NCBI RefSeq assembly: GCF_964213995.1
Contig: NC_135806.1
Span: forward strand, 108,252,001 to 108,316,000
Length of the DNA stretch: 64,000 bases
DNA from: Mustelus asterias
Taxonomy: Eukaryota
Direction of reading: 5' to 3'
Shown here: piece by piece, positions 11,660 to 24,959 of the stretch
How the letters are laid out: each line of letters starts with the position of its first letter
How positions within the stretch are numbered: the stretch's first letter is position 1
Translations under genes and position numbers: made by a program
Notes under the pieces: model-generated
What the model saw: only the letters and a program-made list of their open reading frames with translations
Database searches by the model: none
Told to the model about the DNA's origin: nothing

Positions 11660-14030
11660 AATTATTTCACAAGATGTGGGCCTCGCTGGCTTGGCCAGCA
11701 TTTATTGCCCATCCCCAATTTCCCTTGAATAAGTGACGGTGAACTGCCTTCTTGAAATGCTGAAGTCCACCAGCTGTAGGTACACCACAGTGCTGTTAGG
11801 GAGGGAGTTCCAGATTTTGACCCAGTGACAGTGAAGAAATAGCGATATATTCCCAAGTCAGGATGATATGTGGCTTGCAGGGGAATGAGCAGGTGGTGGT
11901 GTATCTGCTGCCCTTGTTCTTTTAGACAGCAGAGGTCACAGGTTTGGAAGGAGTTGTCAAAGGAGCCTTGGTGAATTGCTGCACTGCATCTTGTAAATGG
12001 TGCACATTGCTGTGCGTCAGTAGTGGAAGGATTGAATGATTGTGGATGGGGCACCAATGAAGCCTGCTAATTTTCCCTGGAGGATGTCAAGCTTCTTGAG
12101 TGTTGTTGGAGCTGTACACATCTAGACTTGTGCCTTGTTGATGGTGGACAGGCTTTGTGGATTCAGGAGATGAGTTATTCTGCAGAATTCCCAGTCTCTG
12201 ACCTGCTCTTGTTGTCATAGTCTGTGGCTAGTCCCGTTAAATTTTTGGTTGATGGTAATCTGCAAGATGTTGATGGTGAGGATTCTGTAATGGTAATACC
12301 ATTTAATGTCATGGAGGGATATTGTCCAGGTCTTGCTGCATTTGGGCATGGACCGCTTCAGTATCTGAAGTCATGACTGTTACTGAATACTGTGTAATTA
12401 TCAGTGAACATCACCACTCCTGACCTTATGATGGAGGGAAGGTCATTGATGTTGCAGCTGAAGATGGTTGGGCCTCGGACACTACCCTGAGGAACTACTG
12501 CAGTGATGTCTTGGAGCTGAGATGATTTACCTCAAACCACCCCACCGTCTGTGTGCTAGGAATGACTCCAGCCAGTGGAGAGTTTTCCCCTGATTCCCAT
12601 TAACTTTAGTTTTGCTGGGGCTCCTTGATGCCACACTCAGTCAAATGCTGTTGCGATGTTAAGGGCGGTCGATCTCACCTCGCCCTGGAGTTCAGGGCCA
12701 GGATTCTCCCAAAAAAATTCTAAGTTCTCAAAGTGTGGGAAAATGGGATTAAATCCCTCTGGTGTTTTTAGTGTGATTTTCAGAATGAATTTCCGGCACT
12801 TTGCGCATCATAGAGTGTTCTAGCATGGGTGGGGCCTATTCCTGCCTGAGAGGCCAGCAGCAGAGCGTGTGCCGAATTGTCAGCGCAGTGGCCCCTCATT
12901 GCCGGCCTTCCGATTGCCGGCCAACCTCGCAACCCTCCATCGCTGGCCTTCCGATCCTCCCCACCCCCCATTCACTGGCCAACCCCAATCACCCCGAACA
13001 CACACACCCCCCCCCCCCCCCCCCCCCCCACCACACGTAACGGACAGTCCACGCCTAACCACCCCCAATGACCAGTCCTGATCCCCCCCAACCCAGATGG
13101 CCAGCCCCCAATTGGCCTCATTCCCTCCCTCTCCCAGTCATCCCAAGCGCAGAGTGTCAGAGAGTTGCCCTCCCCACCGATCGGGACCCCAATAGGCCCC
13201 ACCCCTTGGCACAGTCCTATGCCTGGTAGGCAGTGCCAAGGTGCCCCTTGGGCATTGCCAGTTTGCCCCTTGGGCAGTGCCAGGGTGCCAGGCTGATAAT
13301 GCCAGGCTGGCACTGCCCAAGGGGCTCCTCCGCTTACCCCCGACCTCCCAGCGGGCCTCAATGGCTTCTTCCCTTCAGTGGGGTCAGGCCGCCTGTTCCC
13401 CGTTAGTAGGGAGCAGGAGTAAATCCCTCTGGAGTGAGCCACTCCCGGCAGCGGGGGACACGCTAGCGGGCTCGGAGAATTCGGTCCTTGGCCTGCTAAT
13501 CGTATGGAAATGAAGATTCCCATATTGTAATCAGTTCCGTGCTGATTTCCGGTGTGGAGCTTATTACACGAAAAAACTCCGTGACGTCCGACGGTTGCCG
13601 CTGATGTCTCCTGGCCTGCTGTGCTACTCAAGCAGCACAGCCGGCTGGGAGAATCCCCCCCCCCCCCCCCGTTCTTTTGTCCATGTTTGGAACAAGGCTG
13701 TAATGAAGTCAGGAGCTGAATGGCCCCGGCGGAACACAAACTGAGCATCAGTGAGCAGGTTTTATAAGTGCTGCTTGATTGCACTGTCATCAACACCTTC
13801 CATCGCTTTGCTGATGATTGAGAGTGGACTGCTGGGGCAGTAATTGGCCAGGTTGGATTTGTCCTGCTTTTTGTGCACAAGACAAACCTGGGAATGTTTC
13901 CATATTGTTGGGTAAGTGCCAGTGTTGCAGCTGTACTGGAACAGCTTGGATAGGGGCACGGCTAGTTTTAGAGCACATTTTCAGTTTTAGTGCTGGAATG
14001 TTGTTGGGGCCCATAGCCTTTGCTGTATTT
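11660..14030 (-). mobile_element. Non-LTR retrotransposon remnant (clade uncertain), split by the 12696-13670 element
   Basis: RT remnants YPTIWK..VCLVHKKQDKSNLANYCP.S.LSIISKAMEG on minus; its 3' end matches the plus-strand copies at 56030 and 57745. Confidence 0.7.
12696..13670. mobile_element. Non-autonomous PIF/Harbinger-like DNA element (about 1 kb)
   Basis: TIR-like ends GGATTCTCCC / GGGAGAATCC; GC-rich body with repeated GGCAGTGCCA motifs; inverted homologue at 39790-40530. Confidence 0.65.
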
Positions 14031-15788
14031 GCATTCTTATGGATCATTAATCCAGTAACAAAAATGCCAAAGCTACCATGTCCTTATCCTGGCAAAAGTG
14101 GCACCACAGCCAAAGGCTGTCAGTCAGTACATGGATTTTTATCTGTTTTCCAAATGTATTCATTCCTCCCTCCCCTGTATTTACTTTTACAGCCAGTTCA
14201 GGTGATGCATTGAACATTGTTCCAGATTGTATTATTAGACTTTGATCATTGTCTCCAAATTATTGAGGTCATCCCTGTTACCTAAGCTTTAATAAACGTG
14301 CAGAGATTATTTTGAAATTCTTCCTTCAGTGTCCCTAGACAGTGTCTTGGTCCTCTACACAGGAGTGACTTCCAGTCACATCTCAACTGTTCTGACTGCA
14401 GTTCTGAATTGCTCAAGTTTCATTAGTTGCTGGCTGGCAGTCACCTCTACTTATCTGTTCTCTACTAATACTTCGTCTCCCTTTATTTCTTTCTCTTTTC
14501 CTCTCTTTTTTCTTTCTTGTACAGTCTTGATCTCCTCTCACTGCTTCCTGCCTCACCAGCGTCTTTCATGGAGACCCAATTACCGTCAGGATTTGTCACT
14601 GTCAAGGCTCCTGATTCCAAACTGACCGCGGTTTACTCAGCTGACTTTGGGAAAACAACATGATCCCAGAAAAACAAAACAGAGTGGAGGATTTGGGCAG
14701 ATGAATCGTAAACGGCATTTGATGTTGATCGGAAGGTATATGTTATTAAAATTGATAAATATGATTGCACAATGAAGAGGCGTTAGACGCATTGCCAAAA
14801 AGCAAAGGTGAATATGAATGTGGAAATCAAGACAGAAAATGCTTGGAAATGCTTAGCAGGTCTTCTGGAGAGAGAAACAAAGGAGCACAATCCCATTGGG
14901 ATTAGGAACCTGGAAGTGGCTGTGGCAGATTACTATTGGAAGTCGTCCCGAAGGCCGCCAATTCAAAAGCCACCTCTGGGACCCCCGTTCAATTAAACAT
15001 GGTGGGCAGACCAGAGAGGTTGGAAGCCTTATCAGAGACCCAACAATTATGTCAGGCTGGGAGAGCTGGGTGCTGCTTGGCGAGGGAGGAGACCATGAGG
15101 GCAACTCAAAATGGAGTTACCTGCCAGCCTCCAACCTCAGCAAGGGGCCCATCCATTGTCAGGAAGATGCTGGCAGTGCTAGCACCTTTCCTCCACTTAC
15201 CTCATTTATGGGCTTTGTTGGCTATCCGTTACTGCTGACTGGATGGCCTTTGCCACATTGACCCTGCATCCGGCAAGGCAAACCAAGTTGTTTGGGGCAA
15301 GACTTATCTGGAATTGGTAAAAATGTTTTAGTCTGCAGGAGTTACATACAAAACTATGTTTACAACCAGATTTATTTTGTTCAATTGATACATCTTATCT
15401 CTATATGATATTAAAAGGATGAAGATGCTACGCTACTCCATTTCAGTATTATTGATTGAGAATCATACAGCTCAGAAAGGGACCATTCAGCCCTTTATAC
15501 CTGTGCTGACTCTTTGAATGGACTATCTGTTCCCTTGCTCTTTCCAAAGGCAGTTTTTCATTTCAAGTATATAACTTTTTGAAATCTATTGAATTTGCTT
15601 CCGCCACCCACATGCATTCCAGATTATAACAACTCTTTGCTTAAAAAAATTCTCATCTACCTTCTGGATTTTTTGTCAAATTTCTTAAGTCACTACCTTC
15701 GAGTTACCAACTCTCTGCCCATGGGAATAGTTTCTCCCCTTATACTATTTCACACACCTTCATTAGCCTTTCCCTTACTTCCCTTACA

Positions 15789-16481
15789 CAGAGGGACCTA
15801 GGTGTGCAAGTCCACAAATCCTTGAAGGTGGCAACACAGGTGGAGAAGGTGGTGAAGAAGGCATATGGTATGCTTGCCTTTATAGGACGGGGTATAGAGT
15901 ATAAAAGCTGGAGTCTGATGATGCAGCTGTATAGAACGCTGGTTAGGCCACATTTGGAGTACTGCGTCCAGTTCTGGTCGCCGCACTACCAGAAGGACGT
16001 GGAGGCATTGGAGAGAGTGCAGAGAAGGTTTACCAGGATGTTGCCTGGTATGGAGGGTCTTAGCTATGAGGAGAGATTGGGTAGACTGGGGTTGTTCTCC
16101 TTGGAAAGACGGAGAATGAGGGGAGATCTAATAGAGGTATACAAGATTATGAAGGGTATAGATAGGGTGAACAGTGGGAAGCTTTTTCCCAGGTCAGAGG
16201 TGACGATCACGAGGGGTCACGGGCTCAAGCTGAGAGGGGCGAAGTATAACTCAGACATCAGAGGGACGTTTTTTACACAGAGGGTGGTGGGGGCCTGGAA
16301 TGCGCTGCCAAGTAGTGTGGTGGAGGCAGGCACGCTGACATCGTTTAAGACTTACCTGGATAGTCACATGAGCAGCCTGGGAATGGAGGGATACAAACGA
16401 TTGGTTTAGTTGGACCAAGGAGCGGCACAGGCTTGGAGGGCCGAAGGGCCTGTTTCCTGTGCTGTACTGTTCTTTGTTCTC
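15789..16481 (+). mobile_element. Young CR1 3' portion with short 3' UTR, inserted in an older minus-strand CR1 tail (15460-16520)
   Basis: 201-aa ORF closely similar to the C-terminus of the 960-aa ORF2; tail TGTTCTTTGTTCT. Confidence 0.92.
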
Positions 16482-16539
16482 TAAGGAGAATAATCCCAGC
16501 CTCTGTAACTCTTCCAGATCCATCCCATCAAAAGCACAC

Positions 16540-17120
16540 TTTCAAAATTTTCAGATGACACCAAATTGTGCAGGGGCTAGTCGATACTGAGGAGAATAAG
16601 AGCAAATTGCAAGAATATATCACCAATCTTGCAGAGTAGACATACAGAATTGGCAAATGAACTTCAACCCAAGTGAATATGAGTTTTTACGTTTTGGTAC
16701 AAAAACTAAGAAGGGTATGTATTATTTGGGAAATAAAATTCTAATTGGGGTATTGGTGCAAATTGTGCAATCACAGAAATCACTAAAAGTAGCAATGGGG
16801 ATTAATAAGGTCCTTTAAAAAGGATACCAAGCACTCGATTTTATTTTGAGGGGGATTGAATTGAAAGGTAGAGAGGTCATGCTAAACCTGTATCGAACCA
16901 TAGTTAGACACATTTGAGGTATGGTGCACAGTACTGATGGCCAAATTGTAAACAGAACATAGAGGCACTGGAGAGGGTGCAAAATGTTTGCCAGGTTGAT
17001 ACAAGAGCTGTGAGCTTATACCCAGGAAAGGATGAACAAACTAGTCCCTTCTCTTGAAAAATGAAGTTGGATGGGTAACCTAATAGAGTTCTTAACTTGA
17101 TGAAAGATTTTAATGGACAC
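16540..17120 (+). mobile_element. Ancient CR1 RT remnant
   Basis: KFSDDTKL...WQMNFNP remnants with many frameshifts. Confidence 0.65.
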
Positions 17121-18789
17121 AGAATGGGTGGGATTTGAACCCGGGTCCCCTGAGCAATACCATGCGTCTCTGGATTACTAGTGTACGTGTAATCACTGCC
17201 TGGTCACTCTCCCAGCCCTGTTCTTCCATGATGGTCACACCACTTCTGGCTGAATATATCTTTCTCCCTGCCCAGGGAATCCTTTTCCATGTTTTCTTTT
17301 CACTGTAAAGTCTATGGAGACCGATTTAACCCAATCATTACCTTGCTATTAATTGAACGGCACAATTTCAAAAGATGTAATTGAACCATCTGCCCATCCA
17401 AGCCAAGTCAAAACACTCGGGATCTTGTGCTATCCGTGTTCTTGACACCTATCAGGTCATAAACATTCCAATGCTAATGCCTGGCCTAATTGTCGCTTTG
17501 GCACACTCGGTTCAAGCTGTATCTGGGCCCCTGGGAACGTCTGTCTTTTATTTTCCACACAGCAGGCCTTTTGTTTTCACACTCTAGTAGCTTTCTGCTG
17601 AAGTTTGCCTTTTCACCGTTTGTCCCCCTTTTTACCTTTCGGATCAATGGGCAGTTGGCAATGAAGACCGAAATCACCACCTCCAGATTGCTTTTACACC
17701 GAGCGTATCATAAGCAGGATTAACAATATAGTTCAGTATAAGGTTTAGAATGACCATGTCAATCAGTTATAATATTCATGTTAGTTTTCAAAAGCAAGAA
17801 AACCTGATGTTGTGATTTCCCAACATTCCTGCATTCAGTCCTTTGACATCATGATGGTGTCCGAGGAGGACTGACCAGCGCCTGCATTATTTCTACCCCT
17901 AACTTCACTCAATCCATGCTGCATCCTTTCCACACCTGGTGACTTTTCCATTTTGTGCATCCTTTTAAACCCTTTATCCTATCCAATTTCTCTACTCTCT
18001 TCCCCTTTGCTCTGACATTCGCAGAATTATTTTTTGTACAAACAGATGAAAAGTGGTAATTTAGTACCTTGGCCAAGACAAGATTTCCGTTTCAGCCCCT
18101 AATCGACCTCGCCCTTCCTTTTGACTATTATTTTGACTTTTACTCTTTACATGTTTCTAGAGTTCTTTTTTCGCATTTCCTTTTTCCATTCTCTGTACAT
18201 TCTGCCTGACTTGAACAAGTTAACATCTCAATATTCTGATTCTTTTGAGCTTTCCTTTTCTTCAGATTTTTGCCCCCGCAAATCCTCTCTTGCAAAAGCT
18301 ACACTGCTTTTTAGGGGTCTGATACTCTGCTTCATTCCTGACTGTTCACTCAGAAATGAAACCTTACAACACAATGTGCGCGAAAAGTTTATCAGCTACT
18401 GGGGCAAGCTACTAAATTACTCTCCAATCACCGCGCAAAAATATTGAAGCTAGATCCTAAGCATCCTAAATCCCTACCATCTTATTCAACTCAAACAAAC
18501 AAGTGAAAGTGGTAACGAAAGCTTAACGATTGAGGAGATACACTGAAAATAAAAGCATCAGTTTAATTTTTTTCACTGCTTTCTTCCCTGATCCCATTGA
18601 CATGTGATTTCAAGAATAAATTAGATATCGCTTTTGGGACTAAAGGGATCAAGGGATATGAGGGGAAGGCAGGGTCAGGATATTGAATTTGATGATCAGC
18701 CAAGATCAACATGAATGGCAGAGCAGGCTTGAATGGCTGACTCCTTCTAATTTCTGTTTCTTCGACTTATTGGAGTCTGGTACCACAAC

Positions 18790-19810
18790 TACGAGTAGGC
18801 AAATGATATGTTGGCTTTCATTGCGCGAGGTTTCGAGTACAGGAGCGGGGATGTGTTGCTGCAATTATACAGCGCCTTGGTGAAGCCACACCTGGAATAC
18901 TGTGTGCAGTTTCGGTCTCCTTTTCTGAGGAAAGATGTCCTTGCTCTCGAGGGAGTGAAGTGAAGGTTCACCAGACTGATTCCGAGGATGGCGGGACTGA
19001 TGTATGAGGAGAGGTTGAGTAGGTTAGGATTGTTTTCGCTGGAGTTCAGACAAATGAGGGGGGATCTCATAGAGACTTACAAAATTCTAACAGGATTAGA
19101 CAGGGTAGATGCAGGAAAGCTATTCCCAAGGGTGGGGTGTCCCGAACCAGGGGGTGCAGTATGAAGATGTAGGGTAGACCATTTAGGACAGAGGTGAGGA
19201 GACATTTCTTCAGGGAGTGGTGAGCCTGTGGAATTCATTACCACAGGAAGTTCATTACCACAAGGGCGGCACGGTAGCACAGTGGTTAGCACTGCTGCTT
19301 CACAGCTCCAGGGTCCTGGGTTCGATTCCCGGCTCGGGTCACTGTCTGTGTGGAGTTTGCACATTCTCCTCGTGTCTGCGTGGGTTTCCTCCGGGTGCTC
19401 CGGTTTCCTCCCACAGTCCAAAGATGTGCGGGTTAGGTTGATTGGCCAGGTTAAAAATTGCCCCTTAGAATCCTGAGATGTGTAGGTTAGAGGGATTAGC
19501 GGGTAAAATATGTGGGGGTAGGGCCTGGGTGGGATTGTGGTCGGTGCAGACTCGATGGGCCGAATGGCCTCCTGCACTGTAGGGTTTCTATGATTTCTAT
19601 GAAGTAGTTGATGCCAAAACATTGAATGTATTCAAGAGGCAGCTAGATATAGCACTTGGAGAAAATGGGATTAAAGGTTATGGGGAAAAAGCAGGATTAG
19701 GTTATTGAGTTGGATGATCAGCCATGATAATGAATGGTGGAGCTGGCTCGAAGGGCCAAATAGCCTCCCCCTGCTCCTATCTTCTATGTTACTATGTTTG
19801 CTATGTTTCA
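18790..19810 (+). mobile_element. CR1 3' portion interrupted by a SINE
   Basis: LVKPHLEYCVQF motif; tail (CTATGTT)n near 19785-19808. Confidence 0.85.
19263..19600 (+). mobile_element. SINE subfamily A
   Basis: Full-length copy; GAAGT repeated on both sides. Confidence 0.9.
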
Positions 19811-19924
19811 ATCAGTTGTAGCATTCATTCATGTGAAGTTTGAGTGGACTATCATCACGAAAAGGATAATTAAAGTTCTGAACTCTCTTATTTAACCGGT
19901 AGTTGCTGCTGGATCAGTTGTTAA

Positions 19925-20770
19925 TTTGGAAGCAGTTTAGGGAAGGTTACCATACTAATAGCTGGAGTGGGTGGGTTGTCTTATGAGGAAAGGTTAGACA
20001 GGCTAGGCTTGTATCCGCTGGAGTTTAGCAGAGTAAGAGGCAACTTGATTGAAGGATATAAGATCCTGAGGGTTCTCCACAGAGTGGATGTGGAGATGAT
20101 GTTTCCTCATGCGGGGACTCGAGAACTACAGGTCACTGTTCCAAAATAAGGGATCACCCATTTACATGGAGATGAGATGAATTTTTTCTGAGAGTCAAAG
20201 TTTTTGGAACTCTCCACCTGAAAAGGTTGTGGAAGCAGAATCTTAGAATATTTTTAAGACAGAGGTGGATAGCTTCTTGGTAAGCAAGGACTGAAAGGTT
20301 AATGAGGGGCACAGATCAGCTAGATAGTCAATATATTTTCCCAAAGGTAGCGAGTCTAAAACTAGAGGGCATATGTTTAAGGTGAGAGGGGGGAGATACA
20401 AAAGTGTCCAGGGGGGCAATTTTTTCACACAGAGGGTGGTGAGTGTCTGGAACAAGCTGCCAGAGGTAGTAGTAGAGGCGGGTACAATTTTGTCTTTTAA
20501 AAAGCGTTTAGACAGTTACATGGGTAAGATGGGTATAGAGGGATATGGGCCAAATGCGGGCAATTGGGACTAGCTTAAGGGTTTAAAAAAAAGGCAGCAT
20601 GGACAAGTTGGGCCGAAGAACCTGTTTCCATGCTGTAAACCTCTATGACTCTATTGGGGGTTGTCATGATGTAGGTTTGAGGATACTGTCACAGCAGCCA
20701 TGATCCTATTAAATAGAGGAGCAGGCTTGATGGGCCGAATGGCCCCCACCTGCTCCTTGCTCATATGTTT
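19925..20770 (+). mobile_element. CR1 3' portion containing a younger CR1 3' fragment (20301-20653)
   Basis: LSYEERLDRLGL motif; the nested piece matches the 1822/9601 subfamily. Confidence 0.82.
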
Positions 20771-21752
20771 AATTGGAGATTGATAAAGGTATTCAGGGAT
20801 GTGGGGTTAAGTCACACATGAGCTATGATCTCACTGACTGATGAACCATGCTTCATGGGGTAAATGGCCTACCTCTTAAATTATAATGGAGATGTTTGAG
20901 TTTAATCAACCCAAAGATCCTGAGGACAATGCATGGTCCCTTTTATCACAAGCCAAATAACTCTCAGTTTCCAAATGGTGAAGTTGATAGCAGCTTATAA
21001 ACAAGGAACCATTCCTCAGGTTGACCAGAAGAAATGAGACTGAAAGCTGCCATTTTGCTTTGTGTTTAACCCATTTGAGAAATTGATAGTGGCTTATAAA
21101 GGAGGAAACATAATTAATTATGAAAGGTCTGTTTTATGATTCTATTCTTTATCTCTTACTTTCAGCGATGGTTATTTTATAGTGCTTCTCCCCCTCGCAA
21201 TCTGATGAATATTTGTACCATGATGACAGCTTGGTTGTGCAGGCACAAGGTCTCCAGCAGGGGTCGTGCTAGGCACATCCTCCCTGTTCCTGAAGCCAAT
21301 AATTTAACACTAGCTGTCTGGAGCTTTTGCCATTGAATAAAACATGCACATTTTATTTTCAGCTGGGTATATGTTGTAATCAGATCCTGTGATTTAACTA
21401 CAGAAACCCCTTTGTTAAAGTGCTTAAGTGATACATAGACACGGCTCCCACAGTCCAGAGAAGCCATATTGAAAAAAAATTAGCAGAACTGTCTTCAGTA
21501 TGGGTCCCAAAGGTAGGTATTAAATTGAATCAGTTTTAATTTGCCAGGTCACTGCGATGCAAATTCTGTTCTTATCTCAGCGTAGACTGATGCAATAGCA
21601 TTTTCACTGAACCAAACTGACTTTTTCTATAAACAAGATCTAACTAGAATTGGGCTGTCATTTGTTACATGGTGAAATATCTGCAGTTAATAATGATTAA
21701 TACCTGACTCTCATTGTTCACTGGCTTTTGCCTGGCCTTTATGCTCCAACAG

Positions 21753-21904
21753 AAATTACAAAGCAGCGTTTGACAAGCTGGGCATTTGGTATGAGCATCG
21801 GTTAATCGATGATATGGTGGCTCAGATGTTGAAATCCTCGGGAGGTTTTGTTTGGGCGTGCAAGAACTACGACGGAGATGTTCAATCTGACATCCTGGCG
21901 CAAG
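21753..21904 (+). CDS. IDH2: IDH2-like exon (human exon 7 equivalent, 152 bp); not in the ORF track
   Basis: ccaacag|AAATTAC...GCGCAAG|gtaat; [50 protein letters not shown](G), metal-binding aspartates present. Confidence 0.96.
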
Positions 21905-22361
21905 GTAATTCTCATTTAAGGAGAGACAACCGATACTTGCCTTCGCTTCCGAAAGCACTTGCTGAGTAGCTGATCAGTGTACACCTTATTCAGAAAGATT
22001 TTGCCAAAATACTTCAATGTGTAACTGGCCGCTGTGTACATAAAAACATCTGCAGAAAAGTGCAATCATTTATCTTAAAATAAAGGTTTAGCGTAAATGC
22101 ATTGTGAATAGTATGCTGATAAGTAGATAGCATGTGTGGTTAACTTTATAAAATGAAATGAAGGTTGAAGATACATTCTTGGTTCTAGTGACATCAATTG
22201 TTGCTGTAAATGGTCTAAATACCTTATTACTTCTGTGTGAGTTGTTTCATGCTATCTCTCTCCTTTAAAACATTTCTTAAACTCCCCTAATATCTCCTTT
22301 GTTACTCGGTGTCAGATTTTGTTTGGTACACTCTTGTAAAGTGACATGGTAAGCTTTGCTC

Positions 22362-22674
22362 CATAGAATCCCTACAGTGCAGAAGGAGGGCATTCGGCCC
22401 ATCGAGTCTACACTGACCACAATCCCACCCAGGCCCTATTCCCCACACCCCACATATTCACCCTGCTAATCCCCATGATACTAGAGTCAATTTAGCATGG
22501 CCAATCAACCTAACCCACACATCTTTGAACTGTGGGAGGAAACTGGAGCACCCGGAGGAAACCCATGCAGACATGGGGAGAACATGCAGACTCCACACAG
22601 ACAGTGACCCGAGGCTGGAGTTGAACCCGGGTCCCTGGCGCTATGAGGCAGCAGTGCTAACCACTGTGCCACCC
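22362..22674 (-). mobile_element. SINE subfamily A
   Basis: Reverse complement of the SINE consensus. Confidence 0.88.
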
Positions 22675-22751
22675 AAAGATGTTATTTAAATGCAAGTTGT
22701 TGTTGTAAGGGCAGACTATCTGGTGTTTAACAGAAGTTCCCCCTCATAACC

Positions 22752-23942
22752 TCAGGGCAGTTGATGTCATATACATGGATTTTAGTAAGGCGTTTGATAA
22801 GGTCCCCCATGGTCGGCTTATGATGAAAGTGAGGAGGTGTGGGATAGAGGGAAAGTTGGCCGATTGGATAGGTAACTGGCTGTCTGACCGAAGACAGAGG
22901 GTGGTGGTCGATGGAAAATTTTCGGATTGGAGGCAGGTTGCTAGCGGTGTGCCGCAGGGATCAGTGCTTGGTCCTCTGCTCTTTGTGATTTTTATTAATG
23001 ACTTAGAGGAGGGGGCTGAAGGGTGGATCAGTAAATTTACTGATGACACCAAGATTGGTGGAGTAGTGGATGAGGTGGAGGGCTGTTGTAGGCTGCAAAG
23101 AGACATAGATAGGATGCAAAGCTGGGCTGAAAAATGGCAAATGGAGTTTAACCCTGATAAATGTGAGGTGATTCGTTTTGGTTGGACAAATTTAAATGTG
23201 GATTACAGGGTCAAAGGTAGGGTTCTGAAGACTGTGGAGGAACAGAGAGATCTTGGGGTCCATATCCACAGATCTCTAAAGGTTGCCAGTCAAGTGGATA
23301 GAGCTGTGAAGAAGGCCTATAGTGTGTTAGCTTTTATTAACAGGGGGTTGGAGTTTAAGAGCCGTGGGGTTATGCTGCAACTGTACAGGACCTTGGTGAG
23401 ACCACATTTGGAATATTGTGTGCAGTTCTGGTCACCTCACTATAAGAAGGATGTGGAAGCGCTGGAAAGAGTGCAGAGGAGATTTACCAGGATGCTGCCT
23501 GGTTTGGAGGGTAGGTCATATGAGGAAAGGTTGAGGGAGCTAGGGCTGTTCTCTCTGGAGCGGAGGAGGCTGAGGGGAGACTTAATAGAGGTGTATAAAA
23601 TGATGAAGGGGATAGATAGAGTGAACGTTCAAAGACTATTTCCTCGGGTGGATGGAGCTATTACAAGGGGGCATAACTATAGGGTTCGTGGTGGGAGATA
23701 CAGGACGGATATCAGAGGTAGGTTCTTTACGCAGAGAGTGGTTGGGGTGTGGAATGGACTGCCTGCAGTGATAGTGGAGTCAGACACTTTAGAAACATTT
23801 AAGCGGTTATTGGATAGGCACATGGAGCACACCAGGATGATAGGGAGTGGGATAGCTTGATCTTGGTTTCAGATAAAGCTCGGCACAACATCGTGGGCCG
23901 AAGGGCCTGTTCTGTGCTGTACTGTTCTATGTTCTATGTTCT
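22752..23942 (+). mobile_element. Young 5'-truncated CR1 (361-aa RT C-half intact)
   Basis: MDFSKAFDKVPH...GVPQGSVLGP...KFTDDTK; tail (GTTCTAT)n; TSD ATAACC at 22746-22751 / 23943-23948. Confidence 0.93.
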
Positions 23943-24959
23943 ATAACCCAAATTAGATTTTTGCTTTTCTGCGCAGGAGCCAAGCACTTGGTGAGAAAAT
24001 GCTTCCGTGACTTATTTAGCACCATATCAACACACAAAGTCTAAAATCATTCATTCCTTTCACCTTCACCTTGTTTCTTGCAGATAAAGAAAATAATGAA
24101 CTTGACACACTAATTCTCATATGATTACTTGTATTTTCAGAGTTACCTTATTTCTGTACAGCTAACGTCTATAAGGAACTGAGCTGAGCATTTTTGCCCT
24201 AGACCCTGGGTAGAATCTTCTCTCCCTGTATTGTCTGCTGTTATTTTTCCAGTTTACCTCCCTCCCATATCATATTTCAGTCGAATGGTTTGTCTCCCCC
24301 TCTATAGCCAAGAGCAACACTCACCAATCTAACCTGGCAGTGACTCCTTCTGAGTTCAACTATAAATAGAATTTGAGTTTATACAGCTGCAATAATTATG
24401 AATGGGCAATCACATGTTCAACTTTATTTAGTTCTCTGCAACACATTTGTTCCTGCAGGCAACCTGCCACCTCAATGTACCTGGTGGTCTTCCCGTATGG
24501 TGGGAGTCCGTCCTGTTGCTGGTATAATGATGGTGGGGTCGTAAGATGGCCATCAGTTGGCCTGTTAATTGAATAGTGTGGCTGCCCATTTCAGTCAGGG
24601 GCTGGTCAAGCCAGAACAGTGAGCTTCCCTTCCCACACCTTCCCGCTACCATTTTACCAGCCTGCCCACATCTTCAGTGGACGAGTAAAATCCCAGCCAA
24701 TGTTTCAATCCTCCACCGCAACTTCTGACCCAAGATTTCCACTTGAAGTATTAACTTGTCGTTACATTTGTTACAGCCCCTGGCTTCTGTTATCGGTGTT
24801 TTGTGTTGTTTGGCAGCTTTCTGCATTATATTATTATTAAATTTAGTTAATGATCATATTGATTTGTACCAAATATTATTGTCCCATTTTATCAGAATTG
24901 TCCAACTTAAAGTGATCTATGATTTTGTTCTATATTTTACCCGTTAGCCTCTCTCTTCC

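Noticed and set aside
12972-13880. 302-aa minus-strand ORF and overlapping Pro/Gly-rich ORFs
   Set aside because: Stop-poor GC-rich non-autonomous element plus homopolymer runs; no recognisable domain; crosses element boundaries.
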